Position numbers and translations under genes: made by a program. A stretch of 46,937 nt of DNA, counting the filler, from Catajapyx aquilonaris (Eukaryota), in NCBI GenBank assembly GCA_000934665.2. It is 2 parts of 2 records of this genome, joined end to end, with 100 filler letters (N's around TTAATTAATTAA, not from the genome) between each part and the next. Parts side by side here need not be neighbours in the genome. Positions count along the whole stretch, not along the records: positions 23,515 to 46,937 come from KZ539399.1; 1 more part is not named here. The stretch is one strand, 5' to 3'. Under the pieces are notes generated by a model that was not told the DNA's origin, did not search any database, and saw nothing but the letters and a program-made list of their open reading frames with translations. Below, piece after piece: positions 38,982-46,937 of the stretch (positions within the stretch are counted from its first letter, which is position 1; every line of letters begins with the position of its first letter).

Positions 38982-39758
38982 CTCCACAAATTCCACTTCC
39001 TCGCAGGACCAGCTGGGGGTTACAAAACATGTGTTAATTATCACGTATTCACAAGTAAAAAACACTACACAAGTGCTACTATAGATGAATTTTTAAATGA
39101 GTGCAACCAAGTGAGCAACACAGTTCGCGCAAATTGTTTCTAACACTAAGCTTGAGGGGTAACAATATGGCAGCATGTTGCAATGTTGACAAGGCTCTGG
39201 AACGAACCCCAGAGGCCCCTCAGAAGTAACTGTGGCAGCGTTGTTGTAGGGACAATGGACTTGCACGTGTGTAGGTGCGCACTTGGTTGCGCTCTTAAAA
39301 ACATTCATCTATACCAGTAATAGGTCAGCATACATAGGATAGCAAAATATTTTACCAGGACCAAATTGCGCATCTAGCCTTGACCTTTTGGCTTCTGTGA
39401 CAGAATATATACCAGGCTGAGATTCTGGCATTTATTTTCTCTTGATATGCCCACAAGTGTACATTTGGACACCCTGACTAATCCCTTGACTGGTTCCTGA
39501 GTTGAGTGGTCCCCCTTTATATAAGTCTTCACTTGGTACTGGATTGGCTGAATAAACCATTGTCCTTTGCTGTACATTTACAGAAAAAGGTATATAATTT
39601 CAATTGTATCAGCTAAAATTCAACATTATTTTCCCTTACCAAACTGCAAACAAAGAGATCATACCAATATTCATTTTCATTCAGTAATGTCTTTGATAAG
39701 TTTATGCAAAAGGGAAAGGTCTGGTAAGCTACTCCTGCTTTTATTCATATTTATGATA

Positions 39759-40139
39759 GGGGCCTTCCATAATCCGCGCGGACAAGTGAGGGGGGGGGGG
39801 GNNNNNNNNNNNNNNGGGGGGGGGGGGGGGGGGTTGCACTTTGCTTTTGTCCGTACTGGGGGGTGGGGGTAGAAGTACGTTATACGTGTGGACAATAAAC
39901 GTCAAATGAATATTAAGGACTTGGCCGTTTCTTAGTCAGACCTATCAAATATACCGTAATACCTCAGAAAAAAGGAATTGGTGAGTAGATATCAAAAAAT
40001 AAAAATACCAATGTATTGAAAACAACGCTTTCAGTGTGGCAAGGGGGGGAGGTAAGATATTGTCCGCTTCTGTCCGCAAAGGGGAGGGGGGCAGGTAAAA
40101 AAGTGAAAAAATATGTCCACGCAGATTATGGACGACCCC
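39759..40139. mobile_element. Harbinger-type MITE with poly-G tracts (contains a 14-N gap)
   Basis: ATA|GGGGCCTTCCATAATCCGCGCGGACA...TGTCCACGCAGATTATGGACGACCCC|ATA, 3-bp TSD. Confidence 0.88.
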
Positions 40140-41077
40140 ATAGCAGGCAAGCTGATGCCAATCATGAAAAGCTATTTCAGTCTCAAGTGACCTTGGCCTT
40201 GGTGACAGCTGGGCTGAGAATGTATCCTAGAGTGACAATGAAGTCAGAAAACTGTGCACTCGATCAGGAAAGTCTCGGTGCCCCACTGGTTAAGTAGGCA
40301 ATGGTAGGGTAATACCTAATCCGAGTGGATGAAAAAGAACACCAAAAATCGGATACACAGAATCAGCTGCATGGGTTTCAAACCCTAATACAGTAGTGCC
40401 TCATACTTCGAACTTACTTCGTACCAGGATATTGTTCCAAGTCCTAATCAATTTTCCCCACACAAAATCATGGAAAGTGAATTAATCCGGTTCCAGCCCT
40501 GAAACAATACCCAATTCGCAAATACACAGGCAGCATTAGTTTTTTTTGGCCAGTTTTTTACGGACAGCTTAGCAGGAACTAAAACCTAATGCAGTGTAAA
40601 TGGGTGCGGCGTTGAACCATGCCACCACTTCGGCAGTGTGACAGTTCCCATTCCTTTCCATGATCTTAAAAACCATGCTGCACCACATTCACCATCAAGT
40701 GTGACAGCGCCTTTAAAAGGGTGAGCAGTGTCGGACTTCTACTATAGGGCTGCGTCAAGGGGGTAATCACTTCGGTACTGCGGTGTACACCTGCGAGTGG
40801 TACTCCCTGGTACCTCACTCTTTATTACTCCTTGAATTTGGTACTCCAGTGTACACTTTTCAGTCGAGTGATTACCCCATTGGGCTGCGTATTTACTGGA
40901 GGTATGCACTAGGAGACCACGTAATGTGTCTCGTAACATTCTCTTGCAACATGAGAACACCCCTTCCAATCCTTCGTTACATCCAATCTGAAAATTTTAC
41001 TGCACTGAATGTACTTTATTACTCACTTCCCAGCCATACCATATTTTTAAAATATGTAACTACAACATGCCACTCTA

Positions 41078-41139
41078 AGCCTAGGCTCTCCTCAGCCTGC
41101 CTAGGCTCGTCTTAGCCTACCTAGGCTTAAGCCTAGGCT
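41078..41139. repeat. 20-bp minisatellite of CCTAGGCT/AGCCT units
   Basis: CCTAGGCT at 41080, 41100, 41120 and 41132. Confidence 0.8.
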
Positions 41140-41174
41140 GTGACAATTAAAATACAGGCCTAGATCGGCCTTAC

Positions 41175-41280
41175 CTTGCCCTTGGCCCCTGGCCACTTTC
41201 CCCCCTTCTTACTCACCCCTCAGCATGACCGCTGAGGTCGACTGAAGTTGTTCGGCTAATGGTGACGACGTTTTAGACAC
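41175..41280 (-). other. Putative non-coding first exon of the - strand gene, with two alternative donors
   Basis: Consensus donors GG|gtgagt (exon end 41217) and AAG|gtaagg (exon end 41175) in a CpG-retaining patch; 5' boundary approximate. Confidence 0.5.
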
Positions 41281-41389
41281 TCTCGTACGGAAAATTACAA
41301 ATCAAACAGAAGCCTAGGGTCAATGAAAAATGGGAGGGAACAAAGGGGAGGAAGAGTTGGGAAACGGAGGCTACGGTGTGGGGGGGGGA

Positions 41390-41575
41390 CGAGGCCTAGC
41401 GGGAACACTCGCTTAGTCAAATTCAATACTGACTCATTACAACTTAGCCATATATGGCTTCTACTTTAAATCCATAATTTTGGCCATTATAGATTGATAC
41501 AAATTAAGCTCACCCTAGACCACAATACCACTGTTTTAATCATTTTTTGTGAAAATTATGTAAGTGACGTCATGT
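41390..41575. promoter_or_regulatory. Putative promoter with E2F-like GCGGGAA, AP-1 TGACTCA (41430), CArG CCATATATGG (41448) and CRE TGACGTCA (41565)
   Basis: Consensus motifs clustered just upstream of the putative first exon. Confidence 0.4.
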
Positions 41576-41949
41576 CAGATCTGTCAGGTAGACTGTAAGT
41601 AGCGCAGCGACTTTTATAACTGCTATATGATAGGCTGACTAATATTAACGTTTATGATGCCCTGATACATATATTAGCGACAAATCTGACATTCCAACCG
41701 GGCATGTTTTGTTGTGTTTTGTACAGGTACGACCTGTACAGTTGTATAAGTATTTTGAGGGACATACCTACCTTTTCCTTGTCCGAACTGCGGAAATGGT
41801 GCAGGCCACCCCTGCACGTAAGCACCGTCGAAAACAAATGCATCATGCGCAATGCAAGGCTCGAAGGATAGTAAGTAGTAGTTTTGGTGTCGTGTAACAT
41901 TTGAATAGCATATGATACCAGGAGACAAACTTATCCTCCCTATTGCAAA

Positions 41950-42010
41950 ACTCTATTTGCAAGGTTGTTACACAGTGGTGCCCACTGTGTAACAACCTTG
42001 CAAATAGAGT
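41950..42010. repeat. Perfect 29-bp inverted repeat with a 3-nt loop
   Basis: ACTCTATTTGCAAGGTTGTTACACAGTGG-tgc-CCACTGTGTAACAACCTTGCAAATAGAGT. Confidence 0.97.
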
Positions 42011-42276
42011 AGGGTATGTGTGATTGAGCAATAAGAATATACAATGCGGTATAAGGTTAGCAATAGAATCACGATCCCTACATCGTGAATAGAATATACA
42101 ATGGAAGAGTCCCACATTGCAGTGTCTGCATTCCACTCTGCTAACATGGATTTAAGACAATTTGCGTTTGGACCCTTTCAACTGTGCCAGTTAGACTATT
42201 TGAATTCAATTAACATTGGCTTGTGGGTATCATCAGGTATGCATTGTGGAAAGAGGTATTGTGAATCACTACTATC

Positions 42277-42513
42277 ACCCACCCACCCATTTACTCACAA
42301 CACTTTTTCATCATTTTTCCTCTCTTGCTGACAGTCCTCTATGTCGTTTATTATACACATTCACTTGCACAAGAATATATGTATCCACTCAATAACCTCC
42401 ACTCACCCCCTTCAGAGGTATTGCGGCCGCAGCAAAAAAGGGATAGGATTGGCGCACCTATTGGGTATAATCCAAACCATGGCAATGCCCCCTGATTGCT
42501 TTAAAAATAAAAA
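42277..42513. repeat. Copy 1 of a ~235-bp direct duplication carrying two minus-strand exon-like units
   Basis: Near-identical to 44075-44308. Confidence 0.95.
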
Positions 42514-43269
42514 TTTAATTCTTCATATGTGGTATAAGTATGAACTGTTTACATAATGACAACTAAAAAAAAACAGTCATATACAGTACAGTATTTCTCC
42601 CATCATCCTTGTATCAAAAAAGGGATAAGAAAAATGGAATAACTCCAGTAACACGTGAATATTTCAGGAACATTCTTGAATATCCAGTCACTGTCCTGAA
42701 TGTCCAGAGTATTCAGTGTCACTGTTCATCATTAGACTTTGCATTTTTACCTCTATATGACCTCTATATCTTTGAAATGTCAAGTTAATGTGTGATAGCT
42801 AACCCACATGACACAATGCACCAAGTTATATTCAGTAAATGAGAATCAATCCATGAATACGCAGTATATTAAAATTTAAAATTAAGTTTTTTAGTATTAT
42901 TTAAAGTGAGACATATGGATGTTCACTAAACATTAAAAGGGCAATGGCAAGTACATAACACCAAGAGCTGATAACAAAATTGAACTGTTTTTATGGCACA
43001 TGTATGGGAATGTGGATTCTTATTGCATTCTTTGCGCTGATTTCAAATATGTTAACCAATTTACCGTATTACCTCTCATATTGCGGCACGGCAGTATAAA
43101 ACGAGGTCGACCAGCATGCCGGTATAACCCGGGGGTGGCCGGCATGCCGCAATAACCGAGGTAGATTTCCGTAATTTATTGTTTTCTATCACCCAGATTT
43201 CCTTAACATAGTGAAAAACCTTCTAAACGCAGCTTGAATATATTTTTGTATCTTATATGTGGAAAAACC

Positions 43270-43632
43270 CTTGGAAGATATGCAGAACTGTTTTGTTGTT
43301 CATTTTGGGCGGGAAACCAGTTCCGTCACTGCCGTTGATCATGTTGCAGTAGTCAGTCTTCCATTAGGAGATTTTGCTATTGCCATCGTAGTTGTCAATC
43401 TTCAAAAATTTGTTCAGGTCATCCTTCCCAGTCCATGCTGTCATGGGAACACTCGGAGTGTGGTTTTTCTATGGTCAAAAAAAAGCAACATTATTCCAGT
43501 GTATGTAATGGATAATCGATCATCTATTAGTGTAGATTACATTATTTTGTAGTACTTCATACATTAACTCACCACAACAAAGAATCCAAATTTATCAAAC
43601 GGAAACTTTTTATTTCCCGGCATGACTTGCTT
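43270..43632 (-). pseudogene. CD36/scavenger receptor class B family pseudogene fragment (two exons: 43632-43573 and 43468-43270)
   Basis: Spliced (GT..AG, phase 0) peptide KFPFDKFGFFVV|KNHT..WTGKDDLNKFLKIDNYDG..IS*WKTDYCNMINGSDGTGFPP..VLHIFQ matches CD36-family ectodomain motifs; in-frame TAA at 43366-43364; truncated on both sides. Confidence 0.88.
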
Positions 43633-43649
43633 GGGGGGGGGGGGGGGGN

Positions 43650-43803
43650 AATTGAGCCAACGAAGAACAGGGCAGCACAAGCGTAGTCCGAGGCACCCTC
43701 TCACTTTTCTACCACCCAGAGAAAAGTCACCGACCTCGGCCAGGTTCGAACCCACAACTTTGGGTCTAGAGGCGAGCAGGCTAACCACCAGACCACCAGC
43801 GCA
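43650..43803 (-). mobile_element. tRNA-derived SINE fragment sharing its head with the 36342 SINE
   Basis: Minus strand: GCTGGTGGTCTGGTGGTTAGC..GGGTTCGAACCTGGCCGAGGTCGGTGACTTTTCTCTGGGTGGTAGAAAA. Confidence 0.8.
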
Positions 43804-44074
43804 GCGCCGGCATGGGCACCTGTGCCGTACTGCTGCCACATATACTATACAGCCCCTGAGTTCAAAGGTTTGTTGTGATGTAGTGTAGAATAGTATAAAT
43901 AATAATGTGTTTGCTTCCCTAAGTTGCTGGGTCAGCTCACTATTACCAGCTCCTGCTATTACCAATATTACTTGCCTGAATGTCAGTCAATATTGCTGAC
44001 CACCTCGTGTCCAAATGTTGACTGCTTGTTCCAACTTTCTGGATAGCTGGTTTGTGATGTCCTCTTTGCGAGCA

Positions 44075-44308
44075 ACCCACCCATTTACTCACAACACTTT
44101 TTCATCATTTTTCCTCTCTTTCTGTCAGTCCTCTATGTCGTTTGTTATACAGCACATTCACTTGCACAAGAATATATGTATACACTCAACCTCCACTCAC
44201 CCCCTTCGGAGGTATTGCGGCCGCAGCAAAAAAGGGATAGGATTGGCGCACCTATTGGGTATAATCCAAACCATGGCAATGCCCCCTGATTGCTTTAAAA
44301 ATAAAAAT
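44075..44308. repeat. Copy 2 of the ~235-bp direct duplication
   Basis: Near-identical to 42277-42513, with a few substitutions and indels. Confidence 0.95.
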
Positions 44309-44355
44309 GGCTCGGATGTCAGAGTTCAACGCCATTGAACTCCCCAATTTTATAG

Positions 44356-44969
44356 ACTGATATTAAAGATGGACCGCTATATCTCACGGTCAGCACAACC
44401 TTCCCTTACAACAACTGAAAGAGAAGAGATGAACCGGCGTGAAACTGGTAGTAGACTACGTGTGTCTAATAATTATTGCATAATGAATGTATAGTAACAA
44501 CTTCAGACTTGTGGCATCTTTTAGTTGAGCATTTTAATATGCGGATGAAGAAGTTCCAGAATTGGATGGATCAAATGCTCGTAAGCCCTGCCACTGCATC
44601 AAAGTAGATGCCTCGACAGGGTTATCTTTTTTTACAGGCAAAGAAAAACAAACTCAGGCAGGTCTGATTAAATTATGCCATGTGAGACACTGACCAAGAA
44701 AAGCTTAAGATGGTCATGCTGCATAATTCATTGTCCTGTGTCTCACATGTCATAATTTTAAATCCCGAGGTTGCAGAGAAGCCTTTTCTGTACATAAGGG
44801 TTCACATAATAATTGTTATACACAGTAATAATTGTTATACACAGTAGGACATGATACTGCTGCTGGTGATGATAAGGAAGATAACGGGATAGAAGTTCTG
44901 ATTGGAAATCTCACCATCTCCCAGGACACTCAGGACCATGATGCTGACGAGGAACCGAAAAAGGACTAG
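44356..44969 (+). pseudogene. Putative 3' end of a gene or pseudogene: micro-exon chain encoding an acidic C-terminus
   Basis: Exons 44356-44447, 44539-44580 (acceptor reads AAT, not AAG), 44638-44661 and 44845/44848-44969 join by phase-1 junctions into MDRYISRSAQP..RRETDADEEVPELDG..DHDADEEPKKD*; AATAAA at 45257. Confidence 0.45.
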
Positions 44970-45459
44970 TTAGCCTGGATTCACTGAAAACATTGGATTG
45001 CAACATACAAACTGCCATTTCGTATTGGATTATTGATATACTTTTTACTCATTACCAATATGTAATGGCATTGCACTTCTTTCATTCACTTTTTGTGAGT
45101 TCATATACTTTCCACTTTGTAAAAGCCAAAACTGAAGCCATGATTTTTTTATAAAAAAACTAGTGTTTACCATGTAATTCTCGAGGATTTTGGAAGTTTT
45201 GTAATCCACACCTTCTCATAATATTTGTGTGTGGTATATAACCATATTTATGATATAATAAAGGTCATGTTTTGTTCAGGCAACTGCAACTGCAGTTATG
45301 CAGGCTGATCCTCTCGGCTTTACACTAGCAACACCACAATAATCCACAATATAAATATTAATCTTATACAAGATACAACGGGCACAGTGGTTGAAGACCA
45401 ACTATTTGGAGGTCTGCAACTGTATAGGGAGCGATCAGATGTCAATTTAGGGGAATTAA

Positions 45460-45929
45460 AGGGACACTCCACTCAAAATACAAGTTGGCCCCCAAAAATC
45501 GGGCAAAAAAATACGATTCCAACGACACCAATAATTATTTTTTCCGATGAACGATGACCCCAGGGGAACCGGATCATTATGCGTATTTTGGCGATACGGT
45601 TGCAACCGTTGTTCACGACACCCTCGCCGCCTGTCGGCAGGAATGGGAAATGGAGCAGACACAGCTCTGCCCGCGAATTCAAACCTGAACGTATTCGAAC
45701 CGTATGCAACTGTTCACGACACCTGCGCCACCTATCGGCACTGTGCGCGCTACACTTCTCCGGTTTGCCGCGGGATGGTGTTGAATCGCCCTTCTTAGCA
45801 GACGACGTGTGTAGATATATGATTTTCCGTGTTACCGTTGGGCGTAGAAAAAAACCGATTGCACATTCGGAATCATGATTTTTTGCCCGATTTTTGGGGA
45901 CCAACTTGTATTTTGAGTGGAGTGTCCCT
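45460..45929. mobile_element. Kolobok-like MITE with TTAA TSD
   Basis: TTAA|AGGGACACTCCACTCAAAATACAAGTTGG..GGGCAAAAA...TTTTTGCCC..CCAACTTGTATTTTGAGTGGAGTGTCCCT|TTAA. Confidence 0.93.
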
Positions 45930-46843
45930 TTAAGGACACAGTCCGACAGGCAGGGCTGATCCTTAGTTTTTGTTTTGTGACCGTAGTAGTTTACACTCAT
46001 GCCGACGTGACTCTTTTTCCTTCACATGAATTGCATTGTTCCATCGGATTGCATCATCTTAACTACAGCGGTTTGACTGTTTCTGTAACATGCCCACTTT
46101 CCTATGTCATGTGATTTTTCCCCCTACCTACTCCCAGCGTGCCTACTAAAGTAGTGCTTTTGAGACTATATAGGAACGTTGTGCCTTGTAAGGAGAACGT
46201 AGGTTGGACCTCCATTTCTGTATACCCCCCGTAAGATTTTCGAGGCGTAGGACATCTTCCAAACTGGAGAGGTCCTGGGACATCACCTGTTGTTGAGTGT
46301 CTCAAATTTGGATGTGAAGATATGTACATATCTCCGCTACTATTACACCTACATGAACGATTCAAGTATTATTTTGTAGCTAAGAAGGTTGCGCAAAACA
46401 TTTATTGGAGCATATTTTCTGTATGGCGCATATTTCACGCGCCGCCGGCATGAATATGCTGGAGGTCACAGACTGTATTGCACATAATTTGACCTGGTCA
46501 GTGACGTATCAAGGTGCACGGCAGTGCACCCCGCCAAGTCATCACTCCACATCACTTCACACCACACACACAGTCTACATTTCGACACATCACCTACTGC
46601 CACTTGTCATGTAACCAGGCAGCCAAATAAACATGCACTGCTGTGGGCCTTTTACTATACCCACTTATTCGTATACTACATTTGACCTCCTTCCAGCTCA
46701 GCTCGGGAAAACGCTGGAGATCTGAGCTTTATAAAATAGAATGGCATGGGCCCAGGGACCCTACAAAAAAATATTCATAATTTTGTGACAAAAGGTTCTA
46801 GAGATATAAAGCCTCAAAAAAGGCCATTTTTCTTCCAATAATA

Positions 46844-46937
46844 CAGGGTGATTACAAATGAATAGTATAATTACAAATGCATATAGCTCCGTACCTATCA
46901 ACCGTACATGAACGTGTTATACACCAACTGAAAGAGG
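46844..46937. mobile_element. Left end of a Tc1/mariner-type element running off the window
   Basis: TA|CAGGGTG terminus, as in other elements here; the partner TIR is not visible. Confidence 0.4.

Noticed and set aside
39790..39834. G-quadruplex / poly-G tract
   Set aside because: It lies inside a MITE and is interrupted by Ns, so its length is unreliable.
44944..44985. Hammerhead-like CTGACGA..GAAA
   Set aside because: Stem II would be only 2 bp and stems I and III do not form; the sequence reads better as coding.
46102..46365. Minus-strand 87-aa ORF
   Set aside because: No recognisable motif or supporting splice structure.

Overview
Eukaryotic (invertebrate, probably arthropod; inference) genomic DNA, not prokaryotic. 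Most entries in the ORF track are spurious. The window is two segments joined by an artificial 100-bp spacer (44 N + TTAATTAATTAA + 44 N, 23415-23514), so the halves need not be neighbours. The left half (1-23414) is CpG-rich and holds four phase-compatible internal exons of an unidentified + strand gene (2301-2456, 9408-9518, 15984-16207, 17106-17409) in long introns. The right half (23515-46937) is CpG-depleted. It holds the 5' part of a - strand gene encoding an acidic, then Q/H- and G/K-rich protein resembling a transcription-factor N-terminus (coding exons 38981-38862, 33717-33334, 29315-28976, 24791-24497; probable first exon and promoter near 41.2-41.6 kb). Its introns are packed with nested MITEs (Tc1/mariner-pogo TA, Harbinger 3-bp, Kolobok-like TTAA types), tRNA-derived SINEs including a Nin/Deu-core type, a mariner transposase relic, and a Harbinger relic with a MADF-like ORF fragment. 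Upstream (42.3-45.3 kb) lies a patchwork of gene fragments: a CD36/scavenger receptor B pseudogene, a duplicated exon pair, and an opposite-strand micro-exon chain with a poly(A) signal. No CRISPR, rRNA or bona fide tRNA was found, and I see no clearly novel system. All protein family calls are from motif recognition only, without database searches.
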